A stretch of 64,000 bases of DNA. Origin: Candidatus Poribacteria bacterium (GTDB taxonomy: Bacteria; Poribacteria; WGA-4E; GCA-2687025). Numbering within the stretch: the stretch's first letter is position 1; every line of letters begins with the position of its first letter. A program made the position numbers and the translations under genes. This document shows positions 19,638 to 28,826 of the stretch, piece by piece. Location: NCBI GenBank assembly GCA_016866785.1, contig VGLH01000002.1:14086-78085 (forward strand), read 5' to 3'. The notes under the pieces are model-generated. The model did no database searches, was not told the origin of the DNA, and saw nothing but the letters and a program-made list of their open reading frames with translations.

Positions 19638-21434
19638 CTACGCGCGGAACAAGTCGCCCATGCGCCGACCCAGTACCTTGGCGGCGACGAGCAGCGCGAC
19701 CGTGAGCAATCCCATCGCCAGGACGCCCATCGCGCTGGCGACGTACTGTCCGTCTCCGAGGCGGTTCGACAGCTCGTAGATGACCTTCGTGATCGGATCG
19801 TAGCCGACCGCGAGACCGCCCAGGATCAGACTGTCTGACACCTCCAGCATGGCGAACGAGAACGCCAGGATAGCGCCGGCGATCAGGTTCGCCGTCACGA
19901 GCGGCAGCGTAATCTTGAGCATCGTCTGCGCCGGTGTGGCGCCCAAGTTGCTCGACGCCTCTTCCAGCGTCACGCTCGTCTGTTGGAACCCCGCCACCGC
20001 CGACCTCATCATGTAGGGCAGCCGCCTGACCGAATAGGCGATGATGAGTAGCACCGTCGGGTTGATGCGCGGATTGAAGATGTCTAGCGCGTTTCCCTCG
20101 GCGAATACGCCGATCCCGAAGCTCCCGACGTAGCCGAACGCCATGACGATCCCCGGCAGCGCCAGCGGCATCATCGCGGCGGCGTCGAGCGTGTTGCGGA
20201 ACGGGATGCGTCGTCGGGTCAGCATCCACGCCAGTGCGACGCCGAGAACCAGGTCGATACCCGTGCTGGCGATGGAGTACTTGAAGCTGTTCTGGATGCT
20301 GCGAAGGGCGTCCAACGACTGCTCGCCGCCTCCGGGGGCGAAGATGCGCCGGTAGTGGTCCCCGACGAACTCGCGCGGCAGGATGCTGCCCATCCACTCC
20401 ACCTGCTCATAGAGTCCACCGGACCACGTGCCTGCCTGAGCCACCGAGGTCAGCACAACGCTGATGTGCGGCAGGATCGCGATAGCAGTCACGCCCAGTA
20501 CGACGAAGTAGACGAGCGGTATCCGCCAGCCCTCCGCCTTCACCTCCAGCGATCCGGTGTGACCTCGTGCCATCATCTCGTAGCGCCTCGACCCGGCAAG
20601 GCGCTTCGCCACGAAGAAGAAGAACGCCGTCAGCAGAATGACGATGACGACGAGTGCGTACGCTCCCTGCGAGGACGCGACCTCGCGGCTCGCGTCGAAG
20701 ATGCGCACCGGCACGACGCTCCGATAGTCGAACATGAGCGGCGTTCCGAGATCGGTGAATGCCCAGATGAAGACGAGGATGGCCCCGGCGAAGCAGCCGG
20801 GCATCATCAACGGCAGCGTGACGGTTCGGAACAGCGTGAAGCGGTCGGCTCCCATGTTCCGCGCGGCATCTTCCAGGTTCGGATCGACGTTTGCCAGGGC
20901 GGCTGCGACGTTGAGGTACATGATCGGGTAGAGGTGGAGCGTCGAGAGGATGACGACACCCCAGAACTTGTGCGCGTCGCTCCCCCCGAACCAGTCGATG
21001 GCGCTCGCCTTCGACATGAGTCCGAGCTTCATCAGCAGCGAGTTGACGCTGCCGTAGACGGCGAAGAGCTGCTTGATCCCGACGGCTCCGACGAACGGCG
21101 GCATGATCATCGGAACGAGGATGACGCCCTGGAGCAGCCCCTTGCCAGGAACCGAGTAGCGCACCAGCACATAGGCGAGAGGCAGGCTGAGCAGCGTCGT
21201 CGTCATCGTCGTCGCGGCAGCCACAACGATGCTGTTCCAGATCTCGCGCGCTTCCTGCGAGTCCAGGCGAAAGAAGCCGACGTTGAAGTTGCCGCCGAGG
21301 AAGAAGGCTTCCTTGAGGATGTAGGCGACGGGGTACACGAGGAAGGCGGCGAAGAAGACGATGACGCCCGCCAGGAGGGCGCTCGTACCCCACGTGAGGT
21401 CGAACTGCGAAGCCCAACGCCGGAGCCACGCCAT
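19638..21434 (-). CDS. ABC transporter permease, fused two-domain (FbpB/ThiP-like)
   Basis: 598 aa with about 12 predicted TM helices and two MetI-like halves containing EAA-like loops. Confidence 0.85.
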   Translation of the reverse strand: MAWLRRWASQFDLTWGTSALLAGVIVFFAAFLVYPVAYILKEAFFLGGNFNVGFFRLDSQEAREIWNSIVVAAATTMTTTLLSLPLAYVLVRYSVPGKGLLQGVILVPMIMPPFVGAVGIKQLFAVYGSVNSLLMKLGLMSKASAIDWFGGSDAHKFWGVVILSTLHLYPIMYLNVAAALANVDPNLEDAARNMGADRFTLFRTVTLPLMMPGCFAGAILVFIWAFTDLGTPLMFDYRSVVPVRIFDASREVASSQGAYALVVIVILLTAFFFFVAKRLAGSRRYEMMARGHTGSLEVKAEGWRIPLVYFVVLGVTAIAILPHISVVLTSVAQAGTWSGGLYEQVEWMGSILPREFVGDHYRRIFAPGGGEQSLDALRSIQNSFKYSIASTGIDLVLGVALAWMLTRRRIPFRNTLDAAAMMPLALPGIVMAFGYVGSFGIGVFAEGNALDIFNPRINPTVLLIIAYSVRRLPYMMRSAVAGFQQTSVTLEEASSNLGATPAQTMLKITLPLVTANLIAGAILAFSFAMLEVSDSLILGGLAVGYDPITKVIYELSNRLGDGQYVASAMGVLAMGLLTVALLVAAKVLGRRMGDLFRA

Positions 21435-21466
21435 ACAGTACCCCGACCTCGGTCAGTGGAGCTCGG

Positions 21467-22813
21467 TCACTTCGCCTTCGCGGCAGCCGCGTACTTGTCG
21501 CGCGCGAACGCCCGCCACTTCGATACGGTGTCCTTGCGGGTCAGCGCGTAGTCGTCGCTGTTCCACCGTTCGGACAGCGCGTTCGCCTCGGATTCGGTGA
21601 TGGGCATCGCGGCGAAGGCAGCGCGCGCCGATTCGGACGCCCCGGAGACGCTCTTCCAGGCGGCGGTGAGCTCCTTCGCCGAGTCGATGAGGAGCGAGCC
21701 GTAGAGATCGTTAACGAGGCTCCAGCGCCGTCCGCCCAGTTCGGCGTCGTAGTGTACCGTGTTCTGGATCTCGAACGGGTTCGCGGCGATCAGGCGCTTG
21801 TCGCCGAGCTCGTCGTAGAGCCCCGGTAGCACGCTGGACCGCGCGACGACTTCACTCTTGGGTCCTCCGGGCTCGCCGACAGGCAGCATCAGGAGCTTTT
21901 GGGCATCAGGAGTCAGGCAGTATTCGACGAACCGCTTGGCGAGCTCCATGTTCGGAGCGCCCTTGAGGATCGCGATGGCGTCCGGGTTGATGACCGAAAG
22001 CCCCTCCGGAGTGACGTAGGCGATCTTGTCTGCCCCGGTCTTCACCATCTGGGCGTAGGCGTAGAAGTCGATGACAGGTCCGTAGATGACGTTGCCGAGG
22101 GCGACCTCGTTGGGTACGTCGCTCGCCCCCGCGGTAAAGGACTTCACGTTCGCCGCCATCTCGGTCAGGACGCGCCAACCCTTCTCCCACCCGTACGCCT
22201 GCAGGATGATCTCGTAGATCATGTGCCCGCTGCCGCTATTGCGCGGGTCCGGTGCGGCGATCTTGCCCATCAGCGCCGGATTCGCCAGGTCTTCCCATGT
22301 CGCAGCGGTGGGCAGGTTGAGCTGCGTTTGGAGGAGACGGTTGTACATGATCCCGAACCCCGCGAGCGCCACTCCGTACCAGCGGTACTGCTCATCGTAG
22401 ACCGGCACGCCGGCGATCTGCCTACCGACGGCGCTCAGGATGGTACCGGGAACCGGGTACGGTTCCAGCAGATTCTGCTCGACGAGTTGCAGGTAGGAGT
22501 CGGTGCCTCCGCCGAAGAACAGGTCCATGTTGATGCCGGACGGCGAGCGCTTGTACTCTGATACGATGAAGCGCATGATCTGGGACGTGCCGCCCTGGTC
22601 GAGCCATTCGACGCCGGCATCCATGCCGTGGTTCGCCTTCATCCACGCCTGGAAGCCTGCCGTGAACTCATCGCGGAGGGCAGGCGGATGGGGCGACAGG
22701 ATGCGAACCTTCTGAACGTCCTTCTGCGCTTCCTTCTTGCCGCAGCCCGAGGATCCGAGCAGAACGACTGCCGCCGTGACTGCGAGCCAAATAGCCTGAC
22801 GCATACGCACCAT
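21467..22813 (-). CDS. ABC transporter substrate-binding lipoprotein (family 1 solute-binding protein)
   Basis: Signal peptide plus lipobox LLGSSGC. ~450 aa periplasmic-binding-protein-like sequence. Lies directly upstream of the fused permease. Confidence 0.8.
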   Translation of the reverse strand: MVRMRQAIWLAVTAAVVLLGSSGCGKKEAQKDVQKVRILSPHPPALRDEFTAGFQAWMKANHGMDAGVEWLDQGGTSQIMRFIVSEYKRSPSGINMDLFFGGGTDSYLQLVEQNLLEPYPVPGTILSAVGRQIAGVPVYDEQYRWYGVALAGFGIMYNRLLQTQLNLPTAATWEDLANPALMGKIAAPDPRNSGSGHMIYEIILQAYGWEKGWRVLTEMAANVKSFTAGASDVPNEVALGNVIYGPVIDFYAYAQMVKTGADKIAYVTPEGLSVINPDAIAILKGAPNMELAKRFVEYCLTPDAQKLLMLPVGEPGGPKSEVVARSSVLPGLYDELGDKRLIAANPFEIQNTVHYDAELGGRRWSLVNDLYGSLLIDSAKELTAAWKSVSGASESARAAFAAMPITESEANALSERWNSDDYALTRKDTVSKWRAFARDKYAAAAKAK

Positions 22814-22840
22814 GGATCGTCCTGCCTTCGCCGTCTGGGT

Positions 22841-22993
22841 TCAGCGGATGAACCGCGTCACGAGCTGGGGTTTCACGATCAAAAGGATGAAGATCACGAG
22901 CAGTATGAGATACCACACCGCGCGCCGGATCGATGCGCGAGCCCGAGCCTGCCGCTGTTCCGGCGTCTTGGGACGCGTGAGGAAGTCGAGCAT
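22841..22993 (-). CDS. small single-TM protein (50 aa), hypothetical
   Basis: Unlisted short ORF MLDFLTRPKTPEQRQARARASIRRAVWYLILLVIFILLIVKPQLVTRFIR with one clear TM helix. GGAGA sits 7 nt upstream. Immediately upstream of the SBP gene on the same strand. Confidence 0.35.
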   Translation of the reverse strand: MLDFLTRPKTPEQRQARARASIRRAVWYLILLVIFILLIVKPQLVTRFIR

Positions 22994-23054
22994 CGAAACG
23001 TCTCCACGAGCCGACGGTACACCGCGTATCGTCCAACGTCAAGCGGATGCGGCT

Positions 23055-23969
23055 CTAGCGGATGAGCCGCCAGCCGTCGGCATCGACCGCGAGCGCTCTC
23101 GCGCCAGCGTGTTCGTCGTACGCGCTGTTCATCTCGTCAATGGAGTCGAAGTAGCCGATCCCGTGAACCGCCCCGAACGACTCGCCCGCGGCGACGCGCC
23201 TCCCGCCGAGCTCGTGGATGAAGCAGACGTACCCGCGCTGGTGGCACCACGACTCGTAGACGGTCAAGGGGTCAAGCGCCATTCCCCCCAACCAAGTGCC
23301 GTTGGCGAGCTCGTAGGCGCGGATGAACCGGTCCGGTGTCGCCTCGCCGCGCTGGTACAGGAACCGCGCGTCTGGCGGGAACTCTGACTGGAACCGCGAG
23401 GCTGGGATTGTCCCGGCGTAGCTCAGGTAGATGCGGCGAAATGTGTCGCCGCCCGTGTGCTTCAGATGCCCCGGCATGTCCGTGCGAAGAATCAGTCCAT
23501 CGACCGTGTTGACGCTCTCGACGCGATCGTACGCGAGGAACCACCGGACGCCGTCCGGGAACACGAGCCACTGATGCCATCGCGAGCCCGGGCGGTACGG
23601 AGGGCGTGCTTTCGTCCACGTGAACGACAGGTGCACCGCGACGAAGCCATCTCCCCGGACCGTCTCCCAGCCGACAGAGCCGGCCTGCGTGCATATCTGG
23701 GGTGTCTCCACGTAGCGCTTCGCCAGGCTCCCGTGGTACGCGTTCCGCCATTCGTAGCGCATGTCCGAGGGCGTCGAGTCGTCGTCCTCTCCGGGCTCCA
23801 TCAGGAAGTCGACGATCATCAGCCCGAATCCTGGGTCGCGCGACCCGGACTGGCGGTCCACGAAGCTCCCCGCCATCACACCGGAGACGTACCCGGTCGT
23901 CGCGACGCGAGCCGAATAGCGGTCCGTCTCGACGTGAATGACGCCGCCGCGCGCTTCGACCTGTGCCAT
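23055..23969 (-). CDS. hypothetical protein (304 aa)
   Basis: Long ORF in coding-like composition with no recognisable motif. Confidence 0.55.
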   Translation of the reverse strand: MAQVEARGGVIHVETDRYSARVATTGYVSGVMAGSFVDRQSGSRDPGFGLMIVDFLMEPGEDDDSTPSDMRYEWRNAYHGSLAKRYVETPQICTQAGSVGWETVRGDGFVAVHLSFTWTKARPPYRPGSRWHQWLVFPDGVRWFLAYDRVESVNTVDGLILRTDMPGHLKHTGGDTFRRIYLSYAGTIPASRFQSEFPPDARFLYQRGEATPDRFIRAYELANGTWLGGMALDPLTVYESWCHQRGYVCFIHELGGRRVAAGESFGAVHGIGYFDSIDEMNSAYDEHAGARALAVDADGWRLIR

Positions 23970-24042
23970 TCGTGCGCCCCTTTGCGAGTCGATGTAGAAT
24001 CCGTGTTCGCCACTTGCCCTGCGCCGACCACACGGTGAGGAG

Positions 24043-24804
24043 TTGCCGATGACCGACGTTTCTGCCGCCGTCGAACGGTTCCATCGCGACGGATATCTCG
24101 TGCTTCGCGGCGTGCTCTCCGGCGACGAAGTCGCCGTTCTGCGCGAAGGCGTCGAGCGCGCGTTCGACGGGCCCGACAGCGGCTACGGGCCCTGCATCCG
24201 AACCGCGATGTTCGAGCGCGATCCGGCGTTCGAATCGCTGATCGACCATCCCAGCGTGATCGACATCATCGAGGCTCTGCTGGGGTCCGACTGCCATCTG
24301 ATCGCCGATAGCTCGCTCAAGACGGGACCAACGCAGAGCGTCGCGCCTGGCTTCCACGCGGATGAAACGGTTCGGTTCCCGCTGCCGGAGGGCGTCGAGC
24401 TCGACCCTCGAATCATCATGCATCCGTTCGTCGTCAACATGAACTTCTATCTCGTGGATGTCGATGAGGAGCTTGGACCAACGGAACTGGTACCCGGCAG
24501 CCACCGCAGCGGTCGGAACCCAGCGCCGGGCGCGCCCGTCGAGTACAAGGGGAACGGGCCCGTGATGGCGACCGGCAGCGCGGGAGACACCATCATGTGG
24601 CACGACCAGACGTGGCATCGCGGCGCTCCGAATCGCTCTCAGGACCGTTGGCGGTACGTGCAGCAGGGAGCCTACGGACGACGGTGGGTGTCACAGCGGT
24701 TCTACCCGTTCATCAACCGGAGCATCTCCGAGGAGATTTTGGAGCGGGCGAACCCACGCCGACGTCGACTGCTGGGCGTCCATCCACGGGGCGCGTACGG
24801 TTGA
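24043..24804 (+). CDS. phytanoyl-CoA dioxygenase (PhyH) family Fe(II)/2-oxoglutarate oxygenase
   Basis: FHRDGYLVLRGVL N-terminal motif. HADETV (HxD) and downstream His (WHDQTWHRG). Confidence 0.8.
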   Translation: MPMTDVSAAVERFHRDGYLVLRGVLSGDEVAVLREGVERAFDGPDSGYGPCIRTAMFERDPAFESLIDHPSVIDIIEALLGSDCHLIADSSLKTGPTQSVAPGFHADETVRFPLPEGVELDPRIIMHPFVVNMNFYLVDVDEELGPTELVPGSHRSGRNPAPGAPVEYKGNGPVMATGSAGDTIMWHDQTWHRGAPNRSQDRWRYVQQGAYGRRWVSQRFYPFINRSISEEILERANPRRRRLLGVHPRGAYG

Positions 24805-24811
24805 TGGCATG

Positions 24812-26233
24812 TCAGAAGATGAAGTAGATGAACGGGTTGTAGGCTTGTACGGCGAGCATGGCGAGGGACAACCAAAGCAAAGCGAGGCACGCCGCCGCCT
24901 TCAGCCACGACAGCCTCTCCGTCCAGTCCAGCGCCTGAGGAGCTGTCCAGACGACAACTCCGGCACAGGCGAACGACATGAGCAGGTAGGGCTCTCGAAG
25001 CACGGCACGGACGACATACGCGGCTGGTTGCGTCGGCGTGACTCCAACCATCGTCGACAGGTACCGCACCGAGTCGCCGAGAGAGTCCGACCGAAACACC
25101 ACCCATCCGATCAGCACGACCAGGAACGTCGCGACGACCCGTACCGGCTGAGGTAGCGCACGATGGAGGCTCCGTTTGCCCTGAGTCCGTTCCACAGCAA
25201 GCGCGATCCCGTGCAACGCGCCCCAGACGACGAAGGTCCATGCTGCGCCGTGCCAGAGCCCTCCGAGCAGCATGACGACCATCAGGTTCACGTAGGTCCT
25301 GACGGGTCCGCGACGGTTGCCTCCGAGCGGAATGTAGAGATAGTCGCGCAGCCATGTCGAAAGCGAGATGTGCCAACGCCTCCAGAACTCGGTGATCGAC
25401 GCCGACCGGTACGGCGAATCGAAGTTCTTGGGGAACCCGAATCCCAGCAACATGCCGAGCCCGATCGCCATGTCGGAATAGCCGCTGAAGTCGAAGTAGA
25501 TCTGGAACGCGTATCCGACCGCGCCATACCAAGCGTCGAGCGGTGTCAACGACGAGGCTCCGAACGCCGTGTCGGCGATCTTCCCGCACGGATTCGCCAG
25601 CAGCACCTTCTTCGACATGCCGAGAGAGAAGAGCGCGGCTCCGCGAGCGAACTTCGCGACCGTGTGACTTCGGTTCCGCAGTTGGTCGGCGACAGACGAG
25701 AACCGGATGATGGGTCCCGCCACAAGCTGCGGGAACATCGAGACGTAGCACGCGAAGTCGACGAAGTTGGTCAAAGGCTCCGCCTTGCCGCGGTACACGT
25801 CGATGGTGTAGCTCATCGACTGGAACGTGTAGAAGCTGATCCCCAGCGGAAGCGTCACGCGCAACGCGGTCTCCCAACGCGCCGCCGTTAGCCCGAGCGA
25901 TGAGACGAAAGCATTGTAGTTGTCGAGACCGAAGTTGAAATATTTGAAGAAACCCAGCAGCGACAGGTTCGTCACAACGGACACGGCGACGGCGGCGTGA
26001 CGAATCCGGCTCGAGGCAAGGCTTTCGGCTGCGCGACCGATCACCAGCCCGCACGCGTAATCGACCAGCGTCGATGCGAACATCAGGAAGACGAACTTCG
26101 GGTTCGCCCACCCGTAGAAGACGTAGCTGGCGATGGTGAGAACCAGATGACGGACGCGGCGTGGCGCGATGAAGTACGCCGCCAGCGCCGCCGGCAGGAA
26201 GTAGTAGACGAAGATGTGGGAGCTGAAGACCAT
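24812..26233 (-). CDS. MBOAT family membrane-bound O-acyltransferase (AlgI/DltB-like)
   Basis: N-terminus MVFSSHIFVYYFLPAALAAYF, multiple TM helices, conserved His region (WRRWHISLSTWLRDYLYIPLGGNR). Confidence 0.9.
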   Translation of the reverse strand: MVFSSHIFVYYFLPAALAAYFIAPRRVRHLVLTIASYVFYGWANPKFVFLMFASTLVDYACGLVIGRAAESLASSRIRHAAVAVSVVTNLSLLGFFKYFNFGLDNYNAFVSSLGLTAARWETALRVTLPLGISFYTFQSMSYTIDVYRGKAEPLTNFVDFACYVSMFPQLVAGPIIRFSSVADQLRNRSHTVAKFARGAALFSLGMSKKVLLANPCGKIADTAFGASSLTPLDAWYGAVGYAFQIYFDFSGYSDMAIGLGMLLGFGFPKNFDSPYRSASITEFWRRWHISLSTWLRDYLYIPLGGNRRGPVRTYVNLMVVMLLGGLWHGAAWTFVVWGALHGIALAVERTQGKRSLHRALPQPVRVVATFLVVLIGWVVFRSDSLGDSVRYLSTMVGVTPTQPAAYVVRAVLREPYLLMSFACAGVVVWTAPQALDWTERLSWLKAAACLALLWLSLAMLAVQAYNPFIYFIF

Positions 26234-26246
26234 CCCCGGTCACGCC

Positions 26247-28691
26247 CTACGGGACGACGTAGTAGTAGGGCACGTCCGGGTCGGGTTCCAGCGTGTCGGA
26301 CGTGTACACGCCGGAAAGCTGCGGGTTGGCGTCGAGCGGCTCCAGAACCAGCCGACGCGGATCGCCGCCAGACGGCAGACGCAGCGGGCTACTGTCGAGG
26401 ATTCCCCACTCCACGAGACGGATCCGCTCCGGAGTCGCTTCGCCTGCACCGACAACGCGGTATTCCGCTGCTACGAGCGCTTCGCGATAGGGTGCGATCT
26501 CCTGCACGGACGGAACGTCTGACCTCGCCATGAGCACCGCCTCTACGTCGATGGAGCTCCGGTGCGCGCGGCTGAAGAGGATGTTCCTGTAGGCTTCGTA
26601 GGAACCGAGGGCCTCGTTCGGCGACAGCGCCCGATCGTACACCGCGACGCCTTCCAGCGCGCCGGACCAGTCGCGCTCCCCGCTCCATTCGTCGCCGAAC
26701 AGGAAGCGGTGGGTCGACCAGTTGTCGAAGCCTCCTTGGACGACGTTCGTGTCGATGATCGTTTCGCCGTTACGGTAGGCGATCAGCCTGCCCGGAACGT
26801 AGGTCACGACCACATGCGTCGGTTCCGACGCCGGTACGTCGAAGAGCTGGACTTCAGGGCTGACGCCGTTCGTCCCGGTCTTCGGCGTCCGCAATCGGAA
26901 GACGAGTCGAGCCCCGTCCTGCCCGAGCGTGAAGTTGCGGCTTCCCGAATCGGTCGAGAAGGTGGCGATGCGCGCGGGTCCCGACTGCCGATCCGATGCG
27001 GGCATGATCGTCGCCTCCAGCGTCAGGGCGCTCGTTGCGCGAAGGCGGTCGAGTATTGCCGCCGACACGCTGTCCGGGGCGATGAACGCGCCGTTGGCGA
27101 GCCACATCGCCGATGCGCCGGTGAGTACCCCTCGTCCCCGCGGGCGCAGCACGACGTTCGTGCCGGAGTCGCGGTCGTCTGCCGTCTTCCATGCGAACAC
27201 CAGCCCATCCCTCGAAACGGGCCACGTCGGTCGGCGCACGGTCACGGCCTGCTTCTTCATGCGGTTGGGCTTCTGGGCCCGGTCGAACACGCCTTCAACC
27301 GCCAGCGTATCTTCCTTGCCCAGGTCAGCCCGAGTTCGGATGGTCAACTGCGTGCCGGAGTCATCGAGCGACCAGGACTCCACGCGTCTCCCTGAGTCGA
27401 ACCGGAGGCCAGGCTTGTTCAGCGTCACCGGTTCGTCAAACACGACGACCACCTCGCGTCGCCCTCGAAGGACGCTCCGCAGCACGCGAGGAGGCTCTGC
27501 CGGGAGGGCTTCGACTCTCCCTCGGCGTTCGATTCCGTCCACGACTGCCCTCACGACGTAGGTTCCCGGCGTCGCGTACGTGTGCCGGGCGGACTTGCCC
27601 GTGGCACCGTCTCCGTAGCCCCACGAATCCACACGTCCGCCCGGAGGTGTGGGGAACGTGATGGTCAGGGGCACTTCGCCGCGATGCCTGCCGAGCTCCA
27701 ACGGAGCGACGAACACGTTCGGGTACCGGTCGACACCTGCGTCGAACGTCATCCGAACCGGCTTGCCGACGATCTCCAACGTGGCGGGGTCCGACGGCGC
27801 GACGAACACGTCGTAGTCCGAGTTGTCGTGGTCGTGCTGGTCAGGCGATGCGGCGAATGTGAAGAGCCGACCATCTGACGAAAAGTGAGGAAAGTAGACG
27901 TAGTTGCGCTCCGGCGGAAGACGCGCGTCGTCGAGCGCCAGGATCGTCGAGGGCTCGTTCGTTGACAGTCGGACGCGATTCACGGGTCCGCCGGCTCCCG
28001 CCATCCAGTAGCCCCACACGCCGTCGTGCGAGAAGTACGCCTCGCAGCCGCCGTATGCCGGTTGCTCCGTGATCTGCCGGCTCTTGGCGTCGTAGAGAGC
28101 GAACTGCGCCGGATGCCCACGCGTCGCTCGCGTCATCGTCGCGTTGATCAGCCAGCCGTTCTCCGGGTGCCCCTGCGTCGTCAGCGGCGTTGAGGTTCCC
28201 GAGCGGACGTCGAATCTCTGCGACACTCCGTCCCCGTCGATGTAGGCGAGCGCCTCGTCACTCAGCCACACAGCGGATCGGTCGCCGCCGTAGTTCCGCG
28301 CATTCTCGACCAGGACGCGCCGCTCGCCGGTCGCCATGTCAACGAGGTAGAGGGGAGCCTTCGCGGACCGAGCCGCGAGGTGGGCAGCGTCGCCGCGTGG
28401 ATAGCTGATGTAGACGAGGCGTTTGCCATCCGGCGAGATCATGGGCGAGAAGTGGTTTCGTCCCGGTTCTTCCGGGCTGAGTTGCCTGGGCGGCGAGCCG
28501 TCCAAGTCGCGCATCCAGATGCGCCACAAGCCGGTACGGTTCGACTCCCATACGACGAAGCCGCTGCCGACAGCGGCAAGCTCTTCGAGCTCGGCGGCAG
28601 ACGGACCTGCCGCTGCCACGCCAGTACGAGCGAGCGTGATCAAGAGAAGGACTGCGGTCGCAGCCCAGCGACCGTTGGTACGTTCCGACAT
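26247..28691 (-). CDS. secreted PD40 beta-propeller / PKD / LamG (concanavalin-like) multidomain protein
   Basis: Signal peptide. TolB-like PD40 repeats (SPDGKRLVYIS...). PKD-like WGYGDGATGKSARHTYATPGTYVV. C-terminal LamG-like lectin domain. 13 nt upstream of the MBOAT gene. Confidence 0.75.
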   Translation of the reverse strand: MSERTNGRWAATAVLLLITLARTGVAAAGPSAAELEELAAVGSGFVVWESNRTGLWRIWMRDLDGSPPRQLSPEEPGRNHFSPMISPDGKRLVYISYPRGDAAHLAARSAKAPLYLVDMATGERRVLVENARNYGGDRSAVWLSDEALAYIDGDGVSQRFDVRSGTSTPLTTQGHPENGWLINATMTRATRGHPAQFALYDAKSRQITEQPAYGGCEAYFSHDGVWGYWMAGAGGPVNRVRLSTNEPSTILALDDARLPPERNYVYFPHFSSDGRLFTFAASPDQHDHDNSDYDVFVAPSDPATLEIVGKPVRMTFDAGVDRYPNVFVAPLELGRHRGEVPLTITFPTPPGGRVDSWGYGDGATGKSARHTYATPGTYVVRAVVDGIERRGRVEALPAEPPRVLRSVLRGRREVVVVFDEPVTLNKPGLRFDSGRRVESWSLDDSGTQLTIRTRADLGKEDTLAVEGVFDRAQKPNRMKKQAVTVRRPTWPVSRDGLVFAWKTADDRDSGTNVVLRPRGRGVLTGASAMWLANGAFIAPDSVSAAILDRLRATSALTLEATIMPASDRQSGPARIATFSTDSGSRNFTLGQDGARLVFRLRTPKTGTNGVSPEVQLFDVPASEPTHVVVTYVPGRLIAYRNGETIIDTNVVQGGFDNWSTHRFLFGDEWSGERDWSGALEGVAVYDRALSPNEALGSYEAYRNILFSRAHRSSIDVEAVLMARSDVPSVQEIAPYREALVAAEYRVVGAGEATPERIRLVEWGILDSSPLRLPSGGDPRRLVLEPLDANPQLSGVYTSDTLEPDPDVPYYYVVP

Positions 28692-28826
28692 GGTATTGCC
28701 TGCTTACAACTCCTGGCGGCTGGGTTCCCAATGACATGATGGGACACAAATGACAAGCGCCGATGAGCATGCTGTTAACGTGTGTGGCGCCGGATCGCGG
28801 CTACCCGGCGGTCGAATCGGTTGCGG

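Noticed and set aside
19096-21551. Long ORFs 19096-20397(-), 20355-21551(+), 20407-21429(-)
   Set aside because: They are alternate frames or antisense of the DUF318 permease and the fused ABC permease. They lack hydrophobic periodicity or motifs.
24702-26243. 513-aa minus-strand ORF overlapping the MBOAT gene in another frame
   Set aside because: It is an alternate frame of the MBOAT coding region. The translation is R/P-rich and unstructured, while the MBOAT frame has clear TM helices and family motifs.
28692-28826. TGTCATT direct repeat and GTTAAC palindrome in the intergenic region upstream of the PD40-LamG/MBOAT operon
   Set aside because: The repeats are short (7 bp) and imperfect, and could occur by chance. 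No clear -35/-10 or operator architecture could be supported.
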